From Octopus sinensis (lineage: Eukaryota): a stretch of DNA of 64,000 nucleotides. The DNA lies in assembly GCF_006345805.1 (NCBI RefSeq), contig NC_043015.1, positions 52,204,001-52,268,000 on the forward strand, given 5' to 3'. Shown piece by piece: positions 14,561 through 26,656 of the stretch (position 1 is its first letter; each line of letters begins with the position of its first letter). The notes under the pieces are model-generated. The model was not told where the DNA came from, did not search any database, and saw only the letters and a program-made list of their open reading frames with translations. The position numbers were made by a program, and so were the translations under genes.

Positions 14561-15196
14561 CATCATGCACTACCTACAGCAAGAGAGAGGTGTGAGAGAG
14601 ACAGAGTGCAAAAAAACGAGAGAAAGGGTAAGTGAGACAGACATAGATAAACAGGAGGAGATTGAAAGCTAGAGGGGGTAGAAAATGTGAAAGACAGGGT
14701 AAATATTGCAGTAGTGTTTGTTGATTGGAACTGTGTGTGTATAGAGGGCGAGGTGGTGTAGTTTCAAATGTGATCCTGCCTGAATTTTTCTTTCACTTCC
14801 TTTGACCCTAAACAATATAACTAAACGTTTATACAGATATATATACATACATACATGTATATGTGTGTGTGTGTGTAAATAGATATGCGTATATGTTCAA
14901 ATATGTCTCTATATATACATGCACTCACACACATACATACATACATACGATCATACATACATACATACATACATACATACATACATACATACATACATAC
15001 ATACATACATACATACAAATATACATTCATACTTACATACATGCATATATGTATATACATATATACCAGATCCCATATTCTTTCCAAACCAAATGAATTG
15101 AATACAGGGGTTGATGAAATCCATGAGCTGAGCTTAAAATCTCTGTCACTCCGCCAATATAAGAAAACAATATCATTATTATTATTATCATCATCA

Positions 15197-15263
<67 letters not shown>

Positions 15264-15264
<1 letters not shown>

Positions 15265-15828
15265 GAGTGAGAGAGCAGTCCATGCCATCAAAGTAACACT
15301 GGGGTAAAATATACGAAACCCAGTATACCCATCATGACTACTCGTCTGATAAGTGTACACCAGGCACATGCATCACAACCATATGTGCGCGACATGGTGA
15401 TCTCATATCAAGATAAACAGCGCATGACCTTGCAGGTGGGGCCCAGTTAGAATTTTCTTCTGGTCGAGTAGGCCATCCCGCTCAAAAGGTTCCTGAATAA
15501 GAATTGTTTAAGGATGTTGAACGAAACACCCATGTTTCGAAAGGTGAATTATCCAAACCTCCAAGAATTCCTTTCAACACACGGCTATGATGCTCCCCCA
15601 CTACTTCTGCTCATGATCAGAGATGCACATATCGTCAGCCACTAAGGGACATGCTCAACTGGTTAAGGTCAACAACTGACAAGCAAAAATGTGGTATTGA
15701 GCAGAATATTTGCTGTAGCTATCTTTATACCAAGACAAAACAATGTACATGACAACACTTCCAATCAGTTAAGATCAGAAGCCATGAGAGCCACTGTCTG
15801 GTACTGCATCGGGGCATAATTAGCATTT
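15264..15828 (-). mobile_element. About 560-bp non-coding element abutting (AAT)n; putative non-autonomous retroelement
   Basis: High-complexity block whose minus-strand 3' end runs directly into (AAT)n. There is only one copy in the window, so its repeat status comes from recall. Confidence 0.45.
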
Positions 15829-16160
15829 TACCAGGCGTGCAACCGATTCTGTTGGCTCGCTGCCTTGGTTCAGGTCATAGATTAAATCGCCAACAATTAC
15901 AGCAGATTTTGCTGGATTCGGAAGCAAGCTATGAGAACCTGGATTATTTCTCCGAAGTACGTTAAATCAACGGGTAATCGATTCTAGAAATATCTGCATT
16001 ACCCCCACCCACCAAAACAAAGAAAGAAAACGCAAGGAAAGACGTGCTAATATTTCTTGAAAGCAGAAATACGGCTGCTTCACGTTTCCGTGATACTGAC
16101 TGACTTGGGAACCGGCCATTTTATGGTGAAGTTACACCTCATTTAAATAGTTTAAAATGA

Positions 16161-16553
16161 TAATCCTTTCTACTAAAGTACAAGGCCTGAAATTCGAGGG
16201 AGGGAGATAGTCGATTACATCGACCCCAGTGTTTCACTGGTACTTAATTTATCGACCCCGAAAGGATGAAAGGCAAAGTCGACCTCAGCGTAATTTGAAC
16301 TCAGAACGCAGCAGCAGATGAAATACCTATTTCTTTACTACGCACAAGGGGCTAAACACAGAGAGGACAAACAATGACAGACAAACGGATTGAGTCGATT
16401 ATATCGACCCCAGTGCTTAACTGGTACTTAATTTATCGACCCCGGAAGGATGAAAGGCAAAGTCGATCTCGGCGGAATTTGAACTCAGAACGTAGCGTCA
16501 GACGTAATACTGCTAAGCATTTCGCCGGGCGTGCTAACGATTCTACCAGCTCG
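16161..16553 (-). mobile_element. SINE family B (tRNA head + Meta-like central domain), tandem pair
   Basis: Two copies of ATCGACCCCAG...GGTACTTAATTTATCGACCCC...GGATGAAAGGCAAAGTCGA...GAACTCAGAACG; the tRNA head is at the right end. Confidence 0.9.
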
Positions 16554-17620
16554 TTTGAAATAATAATATCAAGGGAAAGCGGCTGGTATTTAAGATGCTT
16601 AATAAAGTTTTGACACTTGAAGGAATATTCTTATTTTGGTAAAAACCATCTTCAAAAAGGTAATTGGGCAACTTTACTCACTTTTGAAATCCAGTAAAGC
16701 AGAGGATTCGGTCATTTTTGTGAATATTATTCAATAATTTTGGAACTTATTTCCATCTTGTTTTAATGATTTATGTCTGCAAGTAAAGAATGTTTTCTCC
16801 ACCTTTTGATGTGGAAGCAGATTCCGTATCAGCAAATTAACCAATATCATTGATTGGTTTGCCGTATGACGTTACACTGAGATCGAAGTTTCATTCTGAA
16901 AATGTGTCAGTGTTTGACTTGTTTAGAAATTATATTCATTCAAGTGCGAAGTATCCAAACTACAGCTATCTACGCAAAAAAAAAGGAAAAAGGTTGACAT
17001 CCCGGCAACATTTATCGCTGGGAGTAATTATTTTCAAAAGCGAAGAATCATTTGAGAACAAAATTGATTGATGCTTATCTGGTTAATGTCCAGCTTTTGG
17101 CATCAACATGTCTGAAAGCGAATATAGGAAAGCTATGAAGTAACAAACTGCATCAGCTTTCTCATTGGTTTCTTGATTGCATTCATTAAAACAATTTTCT
17201 TCTTAAATTGTATTAAATTTACCGCTTTTTATTGTAATTGCAATGCGTCGTATTCGTTTTTCTATGTCTTGAAGATTCTTTGCTCTTTTAGTATTTCGTC
17301 AAAAGGGCAAGGCACTATCCGTGATCCCAGACTCAATGAAGAAAATGAGATGACCTTAAATCAAAGTCATCCAGACCACCGTCGAAGACAAGTACGATAT
17401 TTCTCAAATTCAGGAGGAATGAAAAGCAAAACGGACGACCGCGTAATTTGAACTCAAACTGCAGACGGCAATAACGAAGTTCTCCCGGTATTTGACTCCA
17501 TGCTCTAACTAATCTACGAGTTTGCTACTGGTATAAGTTCACAAGCTACAAAAATAAACCTTATTGAAATAAAATGTGATTTGATTTTAGTTCTTTGATT
17601 ATTATCAGGTATTTTTCTTT

Positions 17621-18010
17621 CGGCCAAATTCTTGCTTACCAATCACATGGTTCCAGGTTCAGTCCCACTCCGTGGCAATTTGGGAAGGTGTCTTCTACTA
17701 TAGCCTCGGGCCGACCAAAGCCTTGTGTGTAGGTTTGGTAGAGGAAGCTGAAAGAAGCCTGCCGTATATATATATATATATATAATATATGTACATGATT
17801 GTGTGTCTGTGTTTGTTCCCCCCACCCAGCATCGCTTGACAACCGATGCTGGTGTGTTTACGACCCCGTCACTTAGCAGTTCGACAAGAGAGATCGATAG
17901 AATAAGCACTAGGCTTACTATGAATAAGTCCTGGGGTCGATTTCCTCCACTAAAGGTGGTGTTCCAGCATGGCCACAGTCAAATTACTGAAACAAGTAAA
18001 GAATAAAAGA
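17621..18010 (+). mobile_element. SINE family A, near full length
   Basis: Head, internal TA/TG microsatellite and tail CAGCATGGCCACAGTC...GAAACAAGTAAA, collinear with 33838-34244. Confidence 0.9.
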
Positions 18011-18029
18011 ATATTTAGATGGGAGTTTA

Positions 18030-18230
18030 ACGCGGCGAGCTTGGCAGAGTCATTAGCACACCTGATAAAATGCTTAGCGGCATTTCGGCCATTCTTAGTT
18101 CAAATTCGGCCGGGGTCTAGTTTGCCTTCCAGAGTCGATAAAATATGCATCAGTGGAACAATGGGGACAATGTAATCGACTTACCTACTTCGCCGAATTT
18201 GTTGGCCTTGTGCTAAAATTTTCAATCAAT
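18030..18230 (+). mobile_element. SINE family B, diverged
   Basis: GCGGCGAGCTTGGCAGAG...AGTTCAAATTC...GTCGATAAAA...GTAATCGAC. Confidence 0.75.
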
Positions 18231-19230
18231 ATTGTTTGTGTTATTCATTTGGTTATCATCCAATCATAAATACGCAGACAAGACCGCCTCTGCGAAATAG
18301 TCGCCGGCCTCTGAACTAGTTAAACATGAACTCATCAGATAAGGTTTAAATTTGTCGATCTGCTAGATTAAGAAGAACAATGTTAATCCACTTAAAATTA
18401 AGGTACCCTGTACAGATAGCATGTTGCAAATTCTACCGGCGCAGCTCCCGTGACTAGAGAACACGTCTTTTACGATGGAGAATTTTTGTTCTGCAAAGGA
18501 GAGATAACGCGATGTATATTAGGGAATAATTTAAGGTGTGATTGACGTGGGAGTGGTGTCAAATAGATATTGATAAGTTGATTTGGTACTTAACGATAAA
18601 TAATAGAAGGGAAGAAGGGGTTGACCGCAGCCCGGGTGTAGTTCACAATTAGCGATATAGCTGCAGTATAAAACGTCGACAACGCCTTAGCATCGTTTCC
18701 TGAATTCCGAAGACTGTATTCCAAAGATAACGGCGTGACATTGAAATAATGTTGCGATAAAATAGTGAACATTAGAAGCACTTCAATGAATTCTGATGGA
18801 CATTAAAATCACCTGAATGGTTTACTTAGACATTCGCTAACAGAGATATAGTTTTGTGAGAAATCAGTGAACGAATCTAACGGAAGTTCTGGCCGACTGC
18901 ATGAGTGGCAGGTCGGAAGATATTAACGACCAGCGCGCTCTAAATATAGTTTCTTGTATGCCAGACATCGTAGCCTTGTTCGATGCGAACGACAACTGCT
19001 GATTCTTGGCTGGTTCCATTTTCTATAATAGCTGCCAGAAATAAAGGTTTCATTGTTTGTAAACGCTGGTAGCAAATGAAAAGTTTCAGACCAATAATTC
19101 CGAAGACATGGAAATTTTTTTTTCTTCTGGAACAATTATAAAAGTTTCGCAAAACAACTATACTATTTTAGGCGGGGATATCCTGACAAAATTCCTTCAT
19201 GAAGCTCGTATATACTTCAGTAGTTGTGAA

Positions 19231-19551
19231 GGAGCGTGGTTTAGTGGTCGGGGCTATTTGGCTCGCGATCGCAGGTTCGTGAGTTCGATTCCTGGCGCCG
19301 TTTTGCGTCCTTGAGTAAGACACTTTATTTCACGTTGCTCCTGCCCATTCAGTCGGCAAAAATGAGTTGTACCTGTAATTCAAAGGGGCCAGCCTTGTCA
19401 CATTCTGTTTCCCACTGAATCTACCTCAGAACTACGTTATGGATACGTATTTCTGTGGAGTACTCAGCCACTTACACGTTAATTTCACGAGCAGGATGGT
19501 CCATTGATCGGATTAACTGGAATACTCGTCGTCGTAACGGACGGAGGGCCA
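19231..19551 (+). mobile_element. tRNA-derived CORE-like SINE with tail Q
   Basis: A/B boxes (TGGTTTAGTGG; GAGTTCGATTCC) and CCTTGAGTAAGACACTTTATTTC; the tail is shared with about 27810-27988. Confidence 0.85.
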
Positions 19552-19779
19552 GTTTTATATGCTTCGGTTTAGATTCGATGGTTTCTTGACTAATTTAAAT
19601 CACGTGAAAAAACTTCACAAATTCTAGTTTCAAAACTATACCATTGTTAGAATTAGGTCAACAATCAGGAGATCCATCAGTGTTTTAACATTGGCATATT
19701 GTATGTAGGGAGGTGGAGTCTGGAATCTTCGTTCATGGCTGCTCAGTATCGCGCAGTTCTGCAAAGAAAAAATTGATTT

Positions 19780-19975
19780 GCTGCGGTCATGCTGGGGCAC
19801 CGCTGTACGTGGTTGAGTCAAACAAATCGACTTTACTTATTTTTTAAGCCTGGATCTTATTCTGTTGAGGGTCTCAAGATGAACTGCTAGGTTACTGGAA
19901 CGCAGACAAGCCTACATCTTTTGTCAAGATGTGGAGACAGACAACGGCAAAGACACGAATACATACATACATACA
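19780..19975 (-). mobile_element. SINE family A-related 3' half, diverged
   Basis: TGCGGTCATGCTGGGGCACCGC...AAATCGAC...CTGCTAGGTTAC. Confidence 0.65.
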
Positions 19976-20196
19976 CACACACACTCTCTCTCACTCACAC
20001 ACTCACACAGACACACACACACACATACACACATATATATATATATATATATATGTTATAATTTAGAACAAACAGTAAAAGGTTGCCTTTATAGTACTCG
20101 GAGTTTCGAATGTCAGAGCGAAGAGCTACGATACATTCTCGTCGGATATTAATGGCAACAGATACTATGAAAAACCGTTGAATAAAAGGGAAGATC

Positions 20197-20328
20197 ATTA
20201 TTTACATTCGACGGATATTTGTCCTCATCTTGTTTGTTGTTAACGTTTCGGCTGATATACCCTCCAGCCTTCTTCAGGTGTCTTGGGAAATTTCGAACCT
20301 GGGTTCTCATTTCTAAGGTATTTGTTGA

Positions 20329-20392
<64 letters not shown>

Positions 20393-20488
20393 GTTGTTGT
20401 TGTTGTTAATGTTCAGGTCACTGCTTGGAATCGAACTCGGAATCTTGGAGTTAGTAACCCTCGCTCTTAACCACTACGCCATATTCCC
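20197..20488 (-). mobile_element. tRNA-headed element with internal (AAT)n and a downstream hammerhead motif
   Basis: Minus strand reads TGGCGTAGTGG (A box)...GAGTTCGATTCC (B box), then (AAC/AAT)n, then GACAC-CTGAAGA-A-GGCTG-loop-CAGCC-GAAA-CGTT. The tail is shared with 29476-29703. Confidence 0.75.
20241..20282 (-). ncRNA. Minimal type I hammerhead motif (stem I 3' strand deleted in this copy)
   Basis: CUGAAGA core, 5-bp stem II GGCUG/CAGCC, GAAA, ACGU palindrome. It lacks the GUGUU seen in the 29529 copy. Confidence 0.7.
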
Positions 20489-20599
20489 GTTGGAAGTTAC
20501 TCTAATAGGTAGTAAAAGAAACAAAAGATAACGAAAAAAAACATATACACGCAACCATATTCTCACAATACAGAGGCATAAATCTTTTGTACTTTTTAT

Positions 20600-20639
<40 letters not shown>

Positions 20640-20643
<4 letters not shown>

Positions 20644-20795
20644 ACGGGTTTCCAAATACCAAATTTATTCACAAGACGTTGGTCGACCAGAGACTGTCAA
20701 TTAGAAGACATTTGTCCAATATTCCACACAGTGCGATTGAAACTGATACCACTAGTTGCATAGCAGGCTTCTTAACCGCACGGCTAAATCCTAAA
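20640..20795 (-). mobile_element. SINE family A head, diverged
   Basis: CAAATTTATTCACAAGACGTTGGTCGACC...AGAAGACATTTGTCC... Confidence 0.65.
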
Positions 20796-20849
20796 ACTAG
20801 AAAAAGCCAAAGAAATATGTCACAGTAGCTGAGATACATTAGGGTGTTG

Positions 20850-21350
20850 TCTGATAATGCATCGTTATGTTCCTCCCAAATATTTTGGTGCCCTGAGCTT
20901 AACTGTTGTTGCATGAGCCTACAATACAAAGAGAAGAATAACAGAACTTTCGATGATTTATGCCAAAAATTGTATGATATGGTAATAAATCTTTCGCTAG
21001 CAATACATTGATGATATAGTACAAAATATAAAAACGATAAACAGCTCAATAGTTTGCCAGTATCTTCATAGGGTTAGAGCAACTGGGCCTGACACTCCAA
21101 CAGACAGTTCCATTCATTCATTTAGAAAATATGGTATAGTTATTATCTGCAATATCTCAAAGGCAGTAGCAATTTTCTTAAGGGTGACTGTACTTGTCCT
21201 TTGTACAAAAGTAGCAGATGTTCTGAGGTGAAGTATTCTTGACCTCAAAGGGGAAACCCAGCATTTCTTATGCATATCCAAAACTGTCAAGAATGTGAGA
21301 TTTATTTTAGATTGTGTCGTGGGCTGTCACACCCAAGCTTATATAATAAA
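20850..21350 (+). pseudogene. Possible highly decayed Ty3/Gypsy reverse transcriptase fragment
   Basis: TACATTGATGATATAGTA reads YIDDIV, followed after frameshifts by LHRVRATG..TL, resembling the YxDD...L.RL...GLTLN pattern. Many stops and shifts. Confidence 0.4.
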
Positions 21351-21644
21351 GTATGTTATTGTCTGCGGTGACTACATTTCAACGCTAGATATATTACCCC
21401 CGCTCTGTAAAGTAATGGCTAAAATTAATTGAGAAAGAGTTTGTATCTATTGAAACGACATTCTTTATCTTGGTTGTTGTGGAGGCTCTGTGATTAGGAA
21501 GCTCGCTTTGGAACAAAGTGGTCGCGTGTTCAATTTCACTGCATAGCATCTTGGGTAATTCTACAATTGTATTCTACTATAGCATAGGTAAAGGCCGCCT
21601 TTGGGATTGCACCTGGAAAGTTGCTTTCTGAGGCACATGGTGAA

Positions 21645-21977
21645 GGCGCATGGCTAAGTGGTTAGAGCGACGGGCTCAAAATCATGAGGTTGTGATTTCG
21701 ATTCCCGCACCGGGCAGTGTGCTGTGTTCTTGAGCAAGACACTTTATTTCACGATGCTTCAGTTCACTCTACTGTAGAAATGAGTTGCGACGTCAATGGT
21801 TCCAAGCTGCATTGGTCTTTGCCTTTCATTTGGATAACATCCGTGGCGTGGAGAAGGGGGGTTGGTATGCATGGGCGACTGCTGGTCTTCCAAAAACAAA
21901 CTTGCTCGGACTTGTGTCTCGAAGGGTAACTTTGTAGGTGCAATCCCATGATGATTCTTGACAGAAGGAGGTCTTTA
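21645..21977 (+). mobile_element. tRNA-derived CORE-like SINE with tail R
   Basis: GGCGCATGGCTAAGTGGTTAG...TTTCGATTCCC...CTTGAGCAAGACACTTTATTTC; collinear with 45519-45799. Confidence 0.85.
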
Positions 21978-22055
21978 ATAGGATTCACCAGTGCCTTGTG
22001 AGAGAATTTGTGTGTATGTGTGCGTGTTTGTGTTTGTCTTTCAGTGAGTGTTTGT

Positions 22056-22094
<39 letters not shown>

Positions 22095-22100
22095 GTGTGT

Positions 22101-22153
<53 letters not shown>

Positions 22154-22224
22154 TGTGTGTGTATGTTTCTTTGTGTCTATGTTTGCTTCTCCACATTGAC
22201 CGAAAACAGGTGTGAACGAAACCT

Positions 22225-22315
22225 ATAAAATAAGTCCCGGGATCGGTTTTGATCGACTAGACCCTTCAGGGAGGTGCTCCAGCATGGCTACAGTCCAATG
22301 GCTGAAACAAGTAAA
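22225..22315 (+). mobile_element. Family-A-type 3' tail fragment
   Basis: AATAAGTCCCGGGATCG...GGTGCTCCAGCATGGCTACAGTCCAATGGCTGAAACAAGTAAA. Confidence 0.8.
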
Positions 22316-23128
22316 TCATGAGAGATAGAAAGCAAAAAATGAAGGTGATGACACCAGTTTCCTCTCCCACCCTCTTCAGGTACATATTTGACTACCTTCA
22401 TCACATAGCAAAAACTAGCACGAATTATATCAATGTATCGATCTCTGAAGAAGGAATATTTAAACCACGTCGACATTTGAATTTAGCATGTTGAGAAACG
22501 TAACTAAAAATGTCACAGAATCTATAATCTCTTTCTCCCAACCAATATGTGATTTCTCAATCTGCTAGAAATAACAGCCAAGAAAATATCTTCACTTGTA
22601 TCAGATCCTATAGTGTTAAAAAGGAAGGATATATCAAACAATGTTGCCATTGGTACAAGTAAAAAGTGCGAATAGTCAAGGTTGGATTTCATCTCATCAT
22701 AGATCGGTTCGATCAACATCAACCTCGTGTTAAATATTAGCAAATACAACAACAGGAGCAACAACAACAACAACTGGTCACCATTTTGATTGGCCTAATT
22801 ATACTTCAGTAACATCATTAGATATATCTTGCATCTTATTGAGATTTAAGTGAGATTTGCCAGAAAGCTGAGGATCTCAATAAATAATCTATTGGGAATA
22901 ATGTAATTGCACCATAATTAATTAGAATGTAATTGGAAAATTTCAAATTAACCAATGTGAAGATTACAATCCATAACAATTTTATTCTTTAAATCTCTCT
23001 TATGATTCGATGTTTTGTCTTTGCTTTTGCTTGTAATTCCTGACCAAACTGATGAATGACTGAATTCTGGTTTAATTTTTATGTCCGATGGTCTACTTTA
23101 TGTGGCGTGACTTTCCCCAGAGAAAATA

Positions 23129-23338
23129 TAATCCTTTCTACTATAGGCACATGGTCTGGAATGTTGAGGCGGGGGGTAGTCGATTACATCGACCCCAGTA
23201 CGTAACTGGTACTTAATTTATCGACCCCGAATGGATAAAATATAAAGTCGACCTCGGCGGAATTTGAACTCAGAACGTAGACAGACGAAATACCGTAAAG
23301 CAGTTCGCCCGGCATGCTAACGTTTGTGCCAACTCACC
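23129..23338 (-). mobile_element. SINE family B, full length
   Basis: TAATCCTTTCTACTATAGGCAC...ATCGACCCCAG...GAACTCAGAACG...GCTAACG. Confidence 0.9.
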
Positions 23339-23512
23339 ATCTTGATGAGTTATGTATATCATGATAATTGGCACCGGGTATCAAAATGCGGACTTCATGA
23401 ATACTATGCAATGCTTTGTGAACCCTGAAACGGCTGTAAGACGTAGCATGGTCTGCTGCAACGGATGAAGAAGTTGACTACATTAGAAACATTTCCCTAT
23501 CCTTTCTTTTAA

Positions 23513-23720
23513 TCTTTTACTTCTTTCAGTCGTTTGACTGTGGCCATGATGGAGCACCGCCTTGAAAGATTTTAACCGAAGAAATCGACCCCAGAAATTA
23601 TTCTTTGGAAGCTTAGTCCTTATTCTGTTGGTCCATTAGGCCGAACCGCTAATTTACGGGTACGTAAACATATCGACGTCGGGTTTCAAGCGATAGTAGG
23701 GAGGCAAACACAGACATACA
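23513..23720 (-). mobile_element. SINE family A, 3' half
   Basis: TCTTTTACTTCTTTCAGTCGTTTGACTGTGGCCATGATGGAGCACCGCC... Confidence 0.85.
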
Positions 23721-23761
23721 CATAAATACATACATACATACATAAATACACACACACACAC

Positions 23762-23792
<31 letters not shown>

Positions 23793-23937
23793 TATATATA
23801 TATCTATATATATATATATGTTATATATATATATTGCTTATAAATTTTTATGCACCATGTGCTCTGCTTTGGGCGAAAAACAAAACCAGTTGCACTGTCA
23901 GAGTTTAACGTGGCGGTTATGAATTACTACTCGGTAG

Positions 23938-23987
23938 GCCACGCTCATGAAGCTCAGGGTTTAAGTGCCCAAAAGCCGAAACGTGGC
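23938..23987 (+). ncRNA. Decayed hammerhead-like motif
   Basis: GCCACG-CTCATGA-A-GCT...AGC-C-GAAA-CGTGGC. The core has one substitution and the cleavage triplet region appears deleted. Confidence 0.35.
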
Positions 23988-25063
23988 TTGTGGATATCCC
24001 TAATTGCATAATATTTTTATTTTTGCTGATAAATGTTTTAATTCTTTCTGTTTTCCTTGCATACTGTTTTTCTGTTATCTTGGTGCGGTACGGTGGATAA
24101 ATTTAAGACTTTAGCTCTTATTTCTAGCAGGTGAATGTTTGTTAAGCTCCATACAATTTTATAATTCATAGCTGTTTAATGCTATTGCGCCTGCTATCCA
24201 CCTATGTCACTGCTGGTGATATCAATTTTAAAATTTATCCACAGATGATATGAACAGTGGTGACATCTGATTTCAAATCTCAGTGTTTGAATGTTTTGCT
24301 TACATATATATAAGTTAGTGTTTTCTTTGTTTTCTTACTTTATTATAATCATGTTTTTTCGTACTTTATTATCATGTTATAATCATAATCTTATAATCAT
24401 CTCATAATAATGACTTTTATGACTCTTATTACTACCTCAGTCAATCTAAATGTATATATTTGTCGTTACCTGTCATAAATAGACTTTTTTTTTTATTTGC
24501 AATGTGCAATTTCGTTGATTTTTTATATTTTACCCTTACATTTCCATGTGTGTTTTATATTTTCTTTTTGTAACATATTTCTACTATATACACATATATA
24601 TATACATATATATATATATATATGTGTGTATAATATATATATATATTAATGTATGTTATAATGTATATGTATATATTTATATAATATATATATATATATA
24701 TAGATATATATATATATATGTATGATATATAAATATATGCATATTACATACATACAGAGATGTACGTACCTACATATATATGTATATATACATGCATGTA
24801 TGGGTGCAGGACATCAAAAAACGTAGACCCAATGAGAAAACGAAAACATAAAAACAAAAACATAGAAAACAACTCTTTTCGAACAACGAAAAGAAACAGA
24901 GAAACGAGACATGCAGCATAACGAATATCCCTCTTCATCAGTTGTCGCCTGTTTCATCTACTCTGCGTTACGAAGGCAAGGACAATACGTGATTTCATTG
25001 AAACAGTCCTTTCCGCAAAGCAAATTAAATAAAATTTGGGATTTTTTGCGGAGAGTGAAAGTG

Positions 25064-25112
<49 letters not shown>

Positions 25113-25114
<2 letters not shown>

Positions 25115-25277
25115 TGGTTTTTCTTTCAGTGTTCATCTACCAAATTCACTCACAAGGCTTTGGTCGACACGAAGATATAGTAAAAGACACCAGTCCAAGG
25201 TGCCACGCAGTGGGACTGAACCCAGAACAATGTGGTTGGGAAGCGAGCTTCTTGCCGCACAGCCGCGCCTGCGCCTG
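25113..25277 (-). mobile_element. SINE family A, 5' half
   Basis: CTACCAAATTCACTCACAAGGCTTTGGTCG...GGTGCCACGCAGTGGGACTGAACCC...CAGCCGCGCCTGCGCC. Confidence 0.9.
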
Positions 25278-25938
25278 CCTGTAAAAATTTGTCGAATGAT
25301 TGCTAACACTGGGGATACTACACTATGCTGATGAGATCCAATCGATCGAGAAATCCCCCTTTCCTATCTACAAAGATCAAACTCAGTCTTCCATTAAGCA
25401 TGTAAATTAACTTTCGAAGAATAATTCCCAATTTCCTCACGTTTTCTCGTTGCTTTCATTGATACTCGCCATCAAATGCCTTCAGATGATTCTTTTTTAT
25501 CTTTTTCCGAAACTATCGGAAATTGTTCAATTAATACTATTTTTCTAAAATGCCTTCGGTACGTCAGTAATTAACTTAAACACTAACAATTTTGGCTAAG
25601 ATATGAGAACTAGAATCAGGGTTTATCCACATGATTAAGACTCTGATTTGTCTTAGATATTTAATCTTGAGGTTGCTAAGACCCAGTTCAGGTCTGATTG
25701 CACAGCTCTATATTCAAAAACATTCCATCCATGCCACCTCTTCGTTATGATTTGCAATGTATTGCAAAACATAGACTTCATATCGAATATGACATTACCC
25801 TTTAATTCTTGACAATAAGGCGTAGTATCAGAGATATTTAGTTGCTAATACATCCTAGCCGATCGATTGTATTCAAACTTATACGCATGTATGCTTTAGT
25901 TGAAAGGAGATTTAGAGCGTGTTAAATTTAAATCATTA

Positions 25939-26312
25939 CAGTTATCTCTCGACTATCGCGAGTGTTACGTCTCAGCCACCCACTCACAACCCGCGATAGG
26001 TGAAAAAATCCGCGAAATAGAAACAGTATTCTTTTATTTTATTCTTTAATTTGTTTCAGTCATTTGACTGCGGCAATGCTAGAGCACCATCTATAGTCGA
26101 GCACATCGACTCCAGGACTTATTCTTTGTAAGCCTTAGTACTTATTCTATTGGTGTCTCTTACCGAACTGCTACGTGACGGGGTAGTAAATACACCAACT
26201 TCGGTTGTCAAGCGATCGCGGCAGAACAAACACAGACACATAAACATACACACACACACAAATACACATATACATACATACACACACGCACACACACACA
26301 AACACACACACA

Positions 26313-26347
<35 letters not shown>

Positions 26348-26656
26348 GAAGGGCTTCTTTCTGTTTCCCTCTACCAAATCCACTCACAAGGCTTTGGTCG
26401 GCTCGAGGCTATAGTAGAAGACATTTGCACAAGGTGCCACGCAGTGGGACTGAACCCGGAACCATGTGGTTGGTAAGCAAGGTACTTATTTTACCACAGA
26501 AATAATTAAAATCTAAAAAAATATGAATTCCTATCGGACGCAGAAATCCGTGATATATTGTGGAGTCCGCGATATAAATTTACATATACTAGCCAGAAAA
26601 GTTCGGGATGTATTGAGGGTGCGATAGATGAACCGCGATAAGGTGAGTGATAACCG
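25939..26656. mobile_element. pogo/Tigger-like MITE interrupted by a SINE A copy
   Basis: TA-CAGTTATCTCTCGACTATCGCG ... CCGCGATAAGGTGAGTGATAACCG-TA; the left part aligns with 5520-5590. Confidence 0.7.
26042..26498 (-). mobile_element. SINE family A, near full length, nested in the MITE
   Basis: Tail, CA/TA microsatellite and head, collinear with the reverse complement of 33838-34244. Confidence 0.9.

Noticed and set aside
20411-20488. Possible true tRNA gene
   Set aside because: There is no acceptor-stem pairing and the sequence continues into an element body. The same applies to the other tRNA-like heads, which are SINE heads.
22341-22385. Minus-strand CTGAAGA...GAAA
   Set aside because: The intervening purine run cannot form stem II.
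22522-22773. Complex ORF with EPIYDEMK (also 18940-19152 and 18-239)
   Set aside because: No recognisable family, no convincing splice sites, and lengths within chance expectation.
24890-25010. Minus-strand CTGATGA with an upstream G(T)AA...GTA that could form a type II hammerhead (stem II GAGGG/CCTTC)
   Set aside because: GAAA is mutated and the segment between GUA and CUGAUGA forms no stem I. The related copy at about 7110-7170 lacks the core.
25328-25356. CTGATGA-GATC-caatc-GATC-GAGAA
   Set aside because: The GAAA is imperfect and there is no NUH site or stem I pairing.
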